Source: Eledone cirrhosa
Taxonomy: Eukaryota
Length of the DNA stretch: 64,000 nt
Assembly (NCBI GenBank): GCA_964016885.1
Contig: OZ024741.1
Coordinates: 153,698,001 to 153,762,000, forward strand
Reading direction: 5' to 3'
The stretch's first letter is position 1. Each line of letters opens with the position of its first letter. The translations under genes and the position numbers were made by a program. The notes under the pieces are model-generated. The model saw only the letters and a list, made by a program, of their open reading frames with translations, did not search any database and was not told where the DNA came from. Of the stretch, positions 38,544-51,864 are shown one piece after another.

Positions 38544-38614
38544 TATTTTATTATGCGCATTTCAAAAACAAATATCATCATGCAATAACATTTGTGTTTT
38601 CATCAGATAAAATA
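38544..38614 (-). ncRNA. Type I hammerhead ribozyme (Penelope 3' end)
   Basis: Reverse complement of 43014-43084. Confidence 0.88.
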
Positions 38615-39576
38615 TGAGGACATGATATGAAGGTTAAAAACACTTGTGGATAGTGCAGTTTTAAATCAACATATGAAAAGTAGTTTTAGATTGATGTGTG
38701 ATATTGGGGAAACATTTTTTTGAGGGTGGGTGGGTGGGGGGGGGGGGGTTAGGTTGGAAAGGATGAAAAAGAGGAGGAGATGAGAGTAAAAAGTGGAGGG
38801 GGAGGAGTATAATGAGGAAGGATGAGATAGGAGGAGAGATGGCTGATAGAGAGAGAGAGATAGCTTTTATAACTGAGAAAAATATATTGTTTTATATAGA
38901 GAGGTTGAAAAACCGTTGGAAGATAATGTATAAATTAAAAGAATTTGAAAATTAATGAAGAGAAAAATAATGTAAAGTTAAGGTTTGTATATTGAAGGGT
39001 TTAATAATATGTGCGATGAAAAGAAATTGTTAATATGTATTAAGAATAATATTTAAGGGTTTAATAATATGTGCGATGGAAAGAAAATGTTAATATGTAT
39101 TAAGAATAATTTTAAGGGTTTAATAATATGTGCGATGGAAAGAATGTTGATATGTATTATTAATAAAACGCAGAAGTAATGTAAGTAAGGATATATTGTG
39201 AGATGAGCATGAATAAGTTAGATGAAAGTGAGAAAAAAATAATGAATAGAGGATGAATAATCTAACGTCAAAAAAAATGTTTATGTTTACGAAGGATTTT
39301 TTTCAAGGTGATATAAAGTAAGAATATAGTGTATGTGTAATAATTGATTCTATGTTAGGCACAGTGAGAAAAGGTACAGATTAGGGGTTAGAAATTAAAA
39401 GAAAAAGCAAAAGAAAAGAAAAGGAAAAGGAAGAAAGAGAAGTGATGAATAGGAATGATATAGAATATGATAAATAACTTTGAAATAAGGTAGAAAGATT
39501 GGTATATTTTTAAAGAAGTATATATATATATATGTGCCTTTGAGAAAAGGATTCTGAATTGATAAAGTTTAGGATA

Positions 39577-40010
39577 TTAGCTGTATACTTTATGGAAAGT
39601 TCTGTGGAATTTATGTAAGCAGATAGAAAACAAGTCAGTGCGTCTATTTATTATAGAATCTAAATTAGATATAATGGTAAATTTTTCATTCAGACAGAGA
39701 TTGCAAGTCTTGGATAGAGAACTGTTCAAGTATGAAGAAGCAGAGGAAACCTTCTTCCAAGAGTTGTTATATTTAATATTTTTGTCTTTCAAGGACCATA
39801 TGAGTTCTGAGAGAGCCGTGTTGGTTCTTTTAAGTTTATATTTAAAAGACGAGTGATGATTATAAAGACAAGCTTTAAAGGAGGTGGAAGTGGAGCCAAA
39901 ATAGGTGAAGGAATTGGTGTCAGTTATAACTTTACATTCGTAAATTAAGTTTTTATCAAGACAATGGTTGTTGAGAGGACATTTATTTTTAGCAGGGCAA
40001 TTGCAATTAG
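39577..40010 (-). pseudogene. Penelope GIY-YIG endonuclease domain
   Basis: CNCPAKNKCPLNNHCLDKNLIYECKV..TYFGSTSTSFK..NHHSSF..TALSELIWSLK..CNLCLNEKFTI. Confidence 0.85.
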
Positions 40011-40617
40011 AGAGATTATTAACGAGTGACCTAGTGTTATCTATAGAAGGAATTGGATTGGAGAAGTTATTTGCGATAGGAATAATAGTTTCTTGATTTA
40101 GAATGGGATTGAGAACATTTAGCGAAGTTGTGTTTGACGTTGTATTTGGGTTTGCAGAAATTAGCCTAGGGTTTACAATGATGTCGGGAGTACTATTACT
40201 ATTATTATGATATTCAGTGTTGGAAGGATGAGATTTAGTATTTAGTATTTTATTGTTGTGTTTAGAGATGATGTTGGAAATGTTGGAGGATGTCGAATAG
40301 GAAAATTTTATAGTGTGTTTGTTAAATATTTTACTATAGATATGTGAGGGAGGGAAGCATTTATTTAAGGCACTAAAGAATAATTTAGGAATATTATTAT
40401 TAATAGAGATGGAGAAAGGAGCATTATACCAGATTATGTTTTTGTATGTAGGTCTTTTATTAAAGTTATTGGAATGATCATGATTAATTATTCTACTGTA
40501 AGATTTCTAGAATTTGTTTCTTTATTATATTTGATTTTATCAGGATAGCCGGCTTTAGAAAGCGCGTTATTATAGTAATTGGCGTTAGCATCGAATATGT
40601 TTTTATTAGAAGATAGG

Positions 40618-41387
40618 TTAGATATTACTAACTGTAGCATTCATAATATTAGTAGGGTGGTTAGATTTAAAATTAACATAAATTAGGTTCTCATTGTTTT
40701 TATGGTAAGGGTAATATAGGCCAGTGTCAAGATTAAGAGATACATCCAAGAAATTAGCTAGTTTGATGCTGTTATCAAATTCAATTTTTAGGTTATGTTG
40801 GTTAAAGAGATTACGTATATTGTTCTTAATAATATTAAGGTTAACTATGTTGCAATTTAAGATAGTAAAAAGTCCATCGTCACGATAAATTCCACCGCGA
40901 AGTTGAGGAATTTTCCGACTCAAAGAGTTCAAAATAAAGATACCAATTAAATCTGTCAATTGGGATGAATTGGATGCTCCCATTGTGATGTCGAAGTTGT
41001 TAGAGGTATCAGCTCTGGTCCAATACTCATTGTTGAACTCAAGGATGGTTTTACGTGCGGTGAGAATGATGTGAAGTTCATCTGTGGTGATGTCAGAATA
41101 TTTAAATGCGAAAGATAGAGCATTGTTGAGAAGTGAAGGCGAAATAGAAGAATAGTAGCTGGCAATATCAAATTGAACAAATTTTAGTTTGTTTTTATTA
41201 TTCAATTTGTTGAACCAGTCAATCACTTCAGAAGTACCAAACCATAAATTTAAGTTCAAAGAAGAGCAATTAGAACGAACCTGTGGGATAATTCTATCCA
41301 AGATGGCTTTACTAACAACCCCCAGATCTGATTTAGAGGGGGCGATTAATCTAACAGGTAGTTCAGTGCGAAAATTAATACATATTA
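40618..41387 (-). pseudogene. Penelope-like reverse transcriptase (truncated, frameshifted downstream)
   Basis: RLIAPSKSDLGVVSKAILDRI, FVQFDIASYYSSI, FDITMGA, GIYRDDGL, NFLDVSLNL, YVNFKSNHP. The ORF 'start' at 41403 crosses the inversion junction. Confidence 0.9.
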
Positions 41388-41664
41388 AATATTTAACAAA
41401 CACACTATAAAATTTTCATATTCGACATCCTCCAACATTTCCAACGTTATCTCTAAACACAACAATAAAATACTAAATACTAAATCTCTTCCTTCCAACA
41501 CTGAATATCATAATAATAGTAATAGTACTCCCGACGTCATTGTAAACCCTAGGCTAATTTCTGCAAACCCAAATACAACGTCAAACACAACTTCGCTAAA
41601 TGTTCTTAATCCCATTCTAAATCAAGAAACTATTATTCCTATCGCAAATAACTTCTCCAATCCA

Positions 41665-42070
41665 ATGTCCTCTCAACAACCATTGTCTTGATAAAAACTT
41701 AATTTACGAATGTAAAGTTATAACTGACACCAATTCCTTCACCTATTTTGGCTCCACTTCCACCTCCTTTAAAGCTTGTCTTTATAATCATCACTCGTCT
41801 TTTAAATATAAACTTAAAAGAACCAACACGGCTCTCTCAGAACTCATATGGTCCTTGAAAGACAAAAATATTAAATATAACAACTCTTGGAAGAAGGTTT
41901 CCTCTGCTTCTTCATACTTGAACAGTTCTCTATCCAAGACTTGCAATCTCTGTCTGAATGAAAAATTTACCATTATATCTAATTTAGATTCTATAATAAA
42001 TAGACGCACTGACTTGTTTTCTATCTGCTTACATAAATTCCACAGAACTTTCCATAAAGTATACAGCTAA
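41665..42070 (+). pseudogene. Inverted duplicate of the Penelope GIY-YIG domain
   Basis: ORF 41855-42070 is identical to 39577-39792(-). A ~76-bp deletion at ~41666 removes the first Cys pair. Confidence 0.85.
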
Positions 42071-43013
42071 TATCCTAAACTTTATCAATTCAGAATCCTT
42101 TTCTCAAAGGCACATATATATATATATATATATACTTCTTTAAAAATATACCCATCTTTCTACCTTATTTCAAAGTTATTTATCATATTCTATATCATTC
42201 CTATTCATCACTTCTCTTTCTTCCTTTTCCTTTTCTTTTCTTTTGCTTTTTCTTTTAATTTCTAACCCCTAATCTGTACCTTTTCTCACTGTGCCTAACA
42301 TAGAATCAATTATTACACATACACTATATTCTTACTTTATATCACCTTGAAAAAATCCTTCGTAAACATAAACATTTTTTTTGACGTTAGATTATTCATC
42401 CTCTATTCATTATTTTTTTCTCACTTTCATCTAACTTATTCATGCTCATCTCACAATATATCCTTACTTACATTACTTCTGTGTTTTTTTAATAATACAT
42501 ATCAACATTTTCTTTCCATCGCACATATTATTAAACCCTTAAAATTATTCTTAATACATATTAACATTTTCTTTCCATCGCACATATTATTAAACCCTTA
42601 AATATTATTCTTAATACATATTAACAATTTCTTTTCATCGCACATATTATTAAACCCTTCAATATACAAATCTTAACTTTACATTATTTTTCTCTTCGTT
42701 AATTTTCAAATTCTTTTAATTTATACATTATCTTCCAACGGTTTTCAACCTCTCCATATAAAACAATATATTTTTCTCAGTTATAAAAGCTATCTCTCTC
42801 TCTCTATCAGCCATCTCTCCTCCTATCTCATCCTTCCTCATTATACTCCTCCCCCTCCACTTTTTACTCTCATCTCCTCCTCTTTTTCATCCTTTCCAAC
42901 CTAAAAAAAAAAAATTTTCCCCAATATCACACATCAATCTAAAACTACTTTTCATATGTTGATTTAAAACTGCACTATCCACAAGTGTTTTTAACCTTCA
43001 TATCATGTCCTCA

Positions 43014-43084
43014 TATTTTATCTGATGAAAACACAAATGTTATTGCATGATGATATTTGTTTTTGAAATGCGCATAATAAAATA
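43014..43084 (+). ncRNA. Type I hammerhead ribozyme (Penelope 3' end)
   Basis: TATTTTAT-CTGATGA-AAACACAAATGTTATT(gcat)GATGATATTTGTTTTT-GAAA-TGCGCA-TA-ATAAAATA; palindromic stem III. Confidence 0.88.
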
Positions 43085-43099
43085 CATGGAACCCATTTA

Positions 43100-43140
<41 letters not shown>

Positions 43141-43478
43141 GGAGGCACATGGCTTAGTGGTTAGAGCATTGGGGCTTGCAATCGAAAGGTTGTGAGTTCA
43201 ATTCTCAGACCGGGTGATGTGTTGTTTCCTTGAGCAAGACACTTTATTTCACATTGCTCCAGTTTACCCTGCTGTAGAAATGAGATGATAGGGACTATGT
43301 TTCCTATCATTCCACTGCAAAGTGGTCGTGTAGGTGCCACGGCAAAAAAGCAGCCACCACTCACTGTAAATGAGGTTGGTGTTAGGAAGGGCATCCAGCT
43401 GTAGAAATCAAGCCAGAATCAGTTCCCGTCCCACCCTTGCAACCAGGGAAAAGTGGACGTAAAATGAAATGATGAAAT
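43141..43478 (+). mobile_element. SINE family C copy
   Basis: Colinear with 35495-35830. Confidence 0.88.
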
Positions 43479-43650
43479 GATATATATATATATATATATA
43501 ACTGAAACAAATAAATATATATATTTAAAAAAAAAATAAGACTCCAGTTGCATTTTCGATTTCATCTTTTTTTCTTTATACTTTCACTCGTGTAGGACAC
43601 CTCGGTTATTTTTCATTTTGTAAAAAAAAACTCACTTTCTGATATATATA

Positions 43651-44884
43651 TCATCATCATCATCAGGTTTAGCGTCCGTGTTCCACGCTTGCATGGGTTT
43701 GGACGGGGGTTTTCCCACTTGAGGCAAGAGTGGTTGTCTTGCTCGCATAGGACTGTCTGGCGGGTTTTCTACAGCTGGATGCCCTTCCTAACACCAACCA
43801 CATTTACAGTGTGGGGCTGGGAGGTTTTTACCGTGTTGCCTACACGGCCACATTTACAGCGTGGACTGTGTGTTTTTTTGTCGTGACACCTACACGATCT
43901 CATTTGTTTCGGCCTGGATGTTGTGGGACCAACATAACTTTACATTGAAAGGGGCGGTGTGGATGGGGTGGAGGTGGTGGGACGGGGGGGTGATGCCTAC
44001 TGACTGTAGTAGGTTTTTACTTTGTATTTAGGTAAGGCGGGTCTTCTCTATTACTGAGTACCGCCAAAGGTCTCGGTCCGGTGACATTGTCTTGGAGAGG
44101 TGTAAGCGTGTGAGGTCGGAATTTATCAGCTCGTCCCAGGTTTTTCTAGGTCTGCCTACTCCGTGGCTACCGTCTATCTTTATTGCCCTGCACTTTGTTA
44201 TACAGCTGTCGTCTTTCATGCGCATCACGTGACCGTACCAACGTAACCTTCTCTCGAGTAAACAACATCTGATCCCTCTTATTTCTAATTTTTTCCTTAG
44301 TTCGTTTATGCTTAGCCGTTCACGTATATTACTATTGCACATCCAGCGGAGCATGCAAGCTTCGTTCCTCTCTAGTCTGCGTATATCCTCTGCACACAAT
44401 GCCCAGGTCTCACTGCCATGCAGCATTGCTGTTCGTATGCAGGCATCGTATAACCTGCCTTTCATTTTTAGGGAGAACCCTCTAGCGGCTAATAGTGGTA
44501 TAAGCTCTCTGAACTTTTTCTATCCAGTTCTGACTCTAGCTACTGTACTTTCAGAGCACCCCCCCCACTGCTGATTTTGTCACCCAGGTAACGGAAGCTG
44601 TCCACTATTTCTATAGAACCCTCTGCGCAATTGAAAGAGCTAGTATTTAGTGGGCACTTGCTGCTACTTATTGCACCAGAGCACCGGCGACATGTAAAAT
44701 CTATGTTCTTAGTTAGCTTACCTGTGATCCCACTAAATCTTTTATGCACCCATACTTTGCATTGGGGACATAAAATGGAGTTTCTACCTACGCCTTTCCT
44801 ACACACTGAGCATGGCCATTTCCCGGAAGGGACCGCCGCCTTATTTTCTTTCCTACAAACTAGAACTTTAGTCTTAGCCAGGTT
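43651..44884 (-). mobile_element. 5'-truncated RTE LINE (PHD finger to 3' tail)
   Basis: ORFs 44540-44806 and 44028-44465 match the C-terminus of the 11821 ORF, with one frameshift. 3' UTR and (GAT)n tail present. Confidence 0.93.
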
Positions 44885-44935
44885 ATATATTTATATATAT
44901 ATTTATATATATATTTATATATATATTTATATATA

Positions 44936-44979
<44 letters not shown>

Positions 44980-46409
44980 TCATTATAGGTATATCTTTCT
45001 AGATATAAGTTTCCACCGTTTAAAATAAATTACCTTTTTACTGTATTTTACTCTTAATATCCTGTAACGATTTACCAGAAAATATTTAAAAAACATGTTT
45101 ATTAATTCAAATGTTTATAGTATTTTTACTAGTGGACAGATTGTTGTGAAATTTCGAGTATTATAGTAAAGACTTTATTTTTATTTTTAATGTGAAGCAG
45201 TCATAGTACTCTTTTGTACTTTAGAATGTTTTGCTATGGTTTCATGTAGTACAGGACATTAAGAGTTCAATAAAATATGACCTTTTCTGTGATTTTGTCT
45301 CCTGGATTCACTAAAATGTTCATATATTCTGTCCAGAGTTTATTTGGTGATACTTGTGGAAGTGTGTGACTCACAAAAATGTAAGAAGTGACACAGACTT
45401 CTTTTATAGGTTTGAAATAGTTTCTTAAACAGCCTCTGTCCTGACCTATTTTGGAGTAACTGAACTCTCTTGTGTTACTTCTTTTGGCATCGTCTCTGCC
45501 ATAATCAAGCTTCTTTCTAAATGTCAACCAATTTCATTATCACGACCCAACAACTTAGAGAGAGAGAGAGAGAGAATGCTGTTCCTGGTGGTTTGGATCA
45601 GACAGCCATCGAAAAGGTCAACTCATCTAAAATAGATATTTTAGTGATGGAGTTTATAACAGCAATAACAACAACAACAACAAGTGCAACTACAACAACA
45701 ATAGCAACACCAGTAACAACAACAATAGTAAGAGCAACAATAACAACAACAATAGTAACAATAGCAGCAACAAGAACAATATTCACAACAACTGTAGCAA
45801 TGGTAACAACAGCTTTACTTCATTGCAAGATTCCCAGATTCACTGATGATATAGAGATAGTGTTCATTAGAAACACAAGACTCGTTGATGACAGTATAAG
45901 CAGCTTAGCTTTGATAGTTAACTAATTGGAGACTAAACAGGAAACTAAACCAAATCCTAATGTATTTATATATATATTATATCTTACTACTACTACTACT
46001 ACTATTACAAATTTATTAACTACTATTGTAAAAAAATGTATTTTATCCATTATTATTAGTATTATGAGGGCAGTGGGTTGGCAGAATCGATAGAGCATCG
46101 AACAACCTGCTTCACGGCATAGAGTTTCGGTCCTTTACGTTCTGAGTTTAAATCCTGCCGAGGTTAGCTTTGCCTTTCATCTTTACAGGGTCAATAAAAT
46201 AAAGTACCTGTTATACACTGGGGTTGATTTAATTGACTTTCCCCTCTCTAAAATTACTGGCCTTGTGCCTAAATCAGAAACCATTATTAGTGTTATGGTT
46301 TTGGCTTTTTATGTTCAGAGTTCAAATCCTACTGAGGCCAACTTTGCCTTTAATATTTCTGAGGTTGATAAATAAAGTAACAATTATAAAACATTCATTT
46401 CAACACCAC

Positions 46410-46830
46410 CCCAACACCTGGCTCTTAGGTATCTTTAGTAGAGTTCACTCTATTGTCCAGTTTAATGCTACCATCTGACCCTTGGGTACTTTTAGTAGAT
46501 CCCATGCTGTTGTCCAGTTTAACACTACAACCTGGCTATTGGGTACCTTTAACAGAGGCCACTCTGTTGTCCAGTTTAATGCTACCACATGTCCCTTAGG
46601 TACCTTTAGTAGATCCCATGCTGTTGTCCAGTTTAACACTACAACCTGGCTATTGGGTACCTTTAACAGAGGCCACTCTGTTGTCCAGTTTAATGCTACC
46701 ACATGTCCCTTAGGTACCTTTAGTAGAGCCCATGATGTTGTCCAGTTTAACATTGCCACTTGAACATTAGGTACATTTAGCAGAGTTCATTTTGTTGTCC
46801 AGTTTCACATTACCACCTGGACATTGGGTG
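46410..46830. repeat. Minisatellite, 60-bp unit with 120-bp higher-order dimer, ~7 copies
   Basis: GGTACCTTTAGTAGATCCCATGCTGTTGTCCAGTTTAACACTACAACCTGGCTATTG alternating with a variant unit. Solo monomer near 53580-53635. Confidence 0.9.
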
Positions 46831-47576
46831 GTAAATGTAATCTTCATTTTGCCCTAACATTTGCATGTCTTTCACCAACCCCCAGTTTTCATTTCCTCCT
46901 CCATTATTTTTAGTCATATCTGTTTTTTCTTTCTTTTTCTATATTTCCTTCCACATTGATTTCCATTACTTCTCTCACCTAAGTCACATTTGTTCTTCCT
47001 CAATACATGATCCAACCATTTTATTCCATTTTTCTTCACAACATTTATCACTGGCTCTATTCCTATCATCCTCTGCAATTATAATGGAAGATTTTAATTT
47101 AAATATGAAACTTTTAAAAGAGGTGAAGGTGCATTATCTAGTGATTAGCATGTTAACCTTATGATTATAGTGTTGTGCATTTGATTTTTGATTCTTGGAC
47201 TGGGCAGCTCATTGTATTCTTGAGCAAGATGTTTTATATCTCATTGTTTTTCATGAGCGGACTAAGGCCCCTATTGAGAAATCTCCTATGAGATGTAATC
47301 TTGTAAGCAGTCAGTTAAACCTGCAATGTTGTATATATGACAGGACTGGAATACCTGTCATTAAAATACTCAAGAAATTTCCTTTGAGATGCAACCATAT
47401 AAAACGCCAGCTAAATCTGCATAGGATGTATGTATGATAGAACTGGTGCCCCTATCATTAAAATACATGTATCATGGTACTTATAGGCAGTCTCAGGTGG
47501 GTTCACATCAAAAGAAATAACGTATAAACTATTTCTTACAATTTTATATATAAACTATCAAAGCACTGTATAGTTT

Positions 47577-47864
47577 TGAAATTCATAGAAAATGTAGAAA
47601 TCCCAAATGCAGAAAATAACTGTAACCACAATCGATTGCTATAAACAATAGCTTATAGAATTTGTTTGTCAGCACCTCCTACGAAGAATCAAACTCTGTA
47701 TCACTCAAAGGTGATACAGAGTTTGGTTCTTTGTAGCAGTTACTGAACACTTTTTCTGTCTCTAGGGATATTTTACCCAATTTTCTAAGCTGTTATTTAT
47801 AGCAATCAACTGTGGTTGCTGTTATTTTCTGCTTTGGGGATTACTACATTTTCTATGAATTTCA
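47577..47864. repeat. Imperfect ~290-bp fold-back (MITE-like)
   Basis: TGAAATTCATAGAAAATGTAG / CTACATTTTCTATGAATTTCA outer arms; central AAACTCTGTATCAC-tcaaag-GTGATACAGAGTTT. Confidence 0.8.
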
Positions 47865-48355
47865 TACATGTTTTAATAACCTGTTCTTGCCCTCTTCTCA
47901 TCTTGCCTACAGCAACAGCGATAAACAACATCTTTTGAATTCAAGTTGATTATTTCCCACCATTTTCAAATGGCTTTACTATGTATATATTTAGCTCACT
48001 TGTAACGGATTAACAGCATTTAACATCAGAGTTAATCTTCCTTTCTTTTTTTTGTTTCTCTTCATTTTCTACTCTCCTCTTTCCCTCTGTCATCTGACAC
48101 TAAACAACTACAACCTTATGTGACAACAGAAAGTTAGGGATTCAGCTGCTTCTCCTTAGAATTGTTGTTGGTGGTGGTGGTGGTCATGCAGGTTGGTGCT
48201 GTTGTTGGTGATGGTGGTAGAGGTTATATTTGTTGTGTTGTTGATGGGGTGGTGGTGGTTGTATTTGTTGCTGTTGTTATTGGTGGTGTTGTTGATGTTG
48301 CCGTTGTTATTGTTGCTGTTGGTGTTGCTAAACCCCCACATCTGTTCTCTGTCAG

Positions 48356-48408
48356 ACAGAAACCCCCAGATCCCTGTATCTATGGAAACTGCAAGGAAGG
48401 AAGAGCTT
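48356..48408 (+). CDS. Candidate coding exon of unidentified host gene (TETPRSLYLWKLQGRKS)
   Basis: Branch-like GCTAAAC, TCTGTTCTCTGTCAG acceptor (alternative AG at 48359), GTAAGC donor. Phase 2 end matches the next exon. Confidence 0.55.
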
Positions 48409-49148
48409 GTAAGCCATTATTTGACATATTCTTCATCTCTAAATATGTCATATTTATGGTGCCACAATAAAATGCTTCCAATGCATGTTTTAAAACAGTT
48501 GGCATTAGGAAGGGCATCCAGCTGTAGAAACTAAGCCCCAAACAGAATGTACTGTCTATCCTCAGTATGTGGCAACCCGTCTAACCCATGCAAGTATGGA
48601 AAATAGACCTTAAATGGTGATGATGATGATGATGATGATTATCTCTGATGAGAGGTTCCCAACCTTTTTTGTTTTGTTTACCTGGTGACAACTTTTTTCA
48701 AAGTAAATTACCTCTACCTTGTTTTGTTCAGTAAACTGAGTTTACTCTGCCATAATACAGCAACTAACAAGGGGAGGCATTTTAAAATATTATTTTTAAC
48801 ACTGTAGAAAGAAAACAAATTAGTATTTTAATAATTAATGTTCTGTACTTCATGAAATTACATTGGCAAGTTATTCTTAAAAAGTATAAAACAGCACTGA
48901 TTGATCACATTAAATATTGAAGTTAATTAAGGGCAGTTAATTGGCAAAGGGCGGTTGATTGGCAGTATTGCTAGAGCGTCGGTCACCATGCTTCGCAGAA
49001 TAGAGTTACGGCCATTTACGTTCTGAGTTCAAATCCCGCCGAGGTTAGCTTTGCCTTTCATCCTTATGGGGTCGATAAAATATAGTACCAGTCCTGCACT
49101 GGGGTCGATATAATCAACTTTCCTCTCCCCCAAAATTGTTAGCCTTGT

Positions 49149-49485
49149 GGAGGCACATGGCTTAGTGGTTAGAGCATTGGGCTTGCAATCGAAAGGTTGT
49201 GAGTTCAATTCTCAGACCGGGTGATGTGTTGTTTCCTTGAGCAAGACACTTTATTTCACATTCCTCCAGTTTACTCAGCTGTAGAAATGAGATGATAGGG
49301 GTCCCTATCATTCCACTGCAAAGTGGTCGTGTAGGTGCCACGGCAAAAAAGCACCCAGCACTCACTGTAAATGAGGTTGGTGTTAGGAAGGGCATCCAGC
49401 TGTAGAAATCAAGCCAGAATCAGTTCTCGTCCCACCCTTGCAAGCAGGGAAAAGCGGACGTAAAATGATGATGATGATGATGATG
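49149..49485 (+). mobile_element. SINE family C copy nested in a family A SINE
   Basis: Splits family A tail CCTTGTG|CCTAAATCAGAAACC, with TGTG on both sides. Confidence 0.85.
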
Positions 49486-51864
49486 TGCCTAAATCAGAAA
49501 CCATTAAATATTGAAGTTTACTCTAAGAGTGCAAATAATCACAACAATCTGTCCACTTGTAAAGATGCTATAAACATTTAAATTAACAAACCACATGACA
49601 CCACATTAGCAAGGCATTCTTGAAAAGGACAAAACAATACTATGACACCAATCTTTATTTGAATACTGCAAATTTTCACAATAATCCATTTGAATTAACA
49701 AACCTGTTTTTATATATTTCCTACTAAATCATTACATGATTTATTTAATCAGTTATCTTTCTGTCATAAGATTACTTGACCATAACCAACTGACATTTCC
49801 GTGTGTGTTTGTGACAGATAGATAGAGATGTTATTTATGTTAGTAGCTTCATAGAACTATTTCAGTCATAAAACTGTTTTCTGTAAAAATATCCTTTCAA
49901 AAGATACTTGATCACTCATGAAAACCTAACCTACCAATTATGTTACTGTCCTTTATCTCACCTATCATATTTCCTTTTTTTCTGTTTTAGTATTTTTGTC
50001 TTTCTCTCACTATAGTTTTATGTTATAAGGACTAAGTAGTTGAGAAATTATAATGGATAGAATATAATAATTATCACCCGACATTCTTTGAGAGATCAGA
50101 GTCAATGTTAGTTGTCGTTGTTGTTTAATCTAGGATCAAAAACATTCCTGCCATGGCCGTTCCATCTTTTTAAGAGTATCTTAAAAGAATTTTGTGCAAA
50201 ATATCTGGAGACTTCTGTATGTTACTTGAGAACATGGATTCTGGCTTCTAAGAGAAATGTTGCAAAGTGGAACAAAGCTGCTTTTGTATTGTAGAACCAA
50301 GTCCAGTTTCAGGTGGGTTGGTATCAAAAGGGTTGAGCTGGTGTTTGGAATATAATTTAACAAAGGTTATTACATAAAATTATGGTGGAAGTTTTTTTAG
50401 ATAAATATGAAGCTCTTCCACTATTACTCACTAACAGCTATTCTCAACATCACTACACTACTCCACCCTCACCAGACACACCTCATGTCCTTCCACACAC
50501 ATTCCTAACCATTTCTCCCTTCTGAAGTAGTTGCTGATGGGAAGGGCATCCAGCTTTGGAAGGCTTGCCATACAAAGAGTTGTGAGGACCCTTCAGTCAT
50601 GTCAAGAATATGATAGCCTCCCTAGTGTTTAGTGATCTACATGATACATGCATCCGATATATGCTGAAAAGTGGTTGGTGATAGGAAGGGCATCCAGCTG
50701 TAGAAAGCTTGCCAAACAGAGGGCTGGGAGGACCCCCTCAGTCATGTCAAGGACATGACAGCCTCCCTAGTGTTTGGTGATCTACACAATAAACACACCC
50801 AGTACATACTGTAAAGTAGTTGGTGATAGGGCATCCAGAAGTAGAAAGCTTGCCATACAAAGGGTTGGGAGAACCCCTCAGTTGTGTCAAAGACATGACA
50901 ACCTCTCTTATGTACTTGGTAGAACATGATACCATACATGAGCGAGATGCTGATCCCTGGTTAGTCTGGAAGATCAGTAACCCCGCTTCAGTACTGACTT
51001 GTTCTATGTAGATCCATCTAACCTTTGCTAGCAGGGAAAGTGGATGTTAAAATGATGATAATGATGAAGACTTTATAACAAACAGCTGTGTATTATGGAA
51101 CCAGGGCTAGTTTCAAGTGGTTTAGTATTAAGAGGGTTACAAACACTTGTTGCTTTATTATATATATGTCTGTGTGTTTGTGTATATGTGGGTTGGGGGC
51201 ATTTAACATTAATTAATGCTTTCATTACCAAGTACTTTTAGAGATTAATTTCTTTTTGTTTTGTTGTTTTCATTGTTTTAACAGGTTAATTATCACCATT
51301 TCCACCACCATCATCAACATCATCTCCATCATCATCACCCCCTCTACCCCGCGCCCCCAACAACAACAACAGCACCATCATCATGATTAACTCACCATCA
51401 CCACCATTACTCACTTCCAGTACCACCACCATCACCAACAACAACAGCACCATTAACTCACCATCACCACCATTTAATGGTTATTTCCATGCTTGCATGG
51501 GTTAAACAATCATATTGTTTTAACAATCTTAGTAATTTCTTAAGTCTAATTAAGTTGTTTGTATTGTAACCTTCTCCTCAGTAGCAATGTTGTGTATTTT
51601 ATTGCTTATCATTAGACAGCTAATTAATGGCTAATTAACATTCAGTATCATCCTTTTAATCTAGAAAAAACCCTATATGATCAAATCAACTATTAGAAAT
51701 AGCAGCCAAATTTCCACAAATCACATCCTACCACCTTAAAAAATTACTATGTTGAATGATGTCAGGATTCCTTCCTCAAACATTTGAAGACCTCAAGGCT
51801 AACCTTGAGAATTACGTTAAGGATACACATGTCATTGGAAATACTCAGCTAATGACACATTAAT

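Larger units (their letters stand above)
38420..43101 (-). mobile_element. Penelope-like retroelement (Naiad-type RT + GIY-YIG), 5'-truncated, with inverted copy of its 3' ~1.7 kb
   Basis: 38528-40331 is the reverse complement of 41387-43101. RT and GIY-YIG on the minus strand; HHR near each outer end; inserted in (TA)n/(CA)n. Confidence 0.9.

Noticed and set aside
45836-45895. CTGATGA...GAAAC possible hammerhead
   Set aside because: No convincing stem I or stem II pairing.
46410-46830. Regular repeat array resembling CRISPR or a repeat protein (also 19676-20225)
   Set aside because: Contiguous tandem units with no unique spacers, no cas genes, eukaryotic context. The 46.4-kb ORFs arise because the 60-bp unit is a multiple of 3.
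48640-48680. CTGATGA followed by a hairpin (similar partial hits at 20910-, 23630-, 25390+, 26431+)
   Set aside because: No correctly placed GAAA box, stem III or closing stem I.
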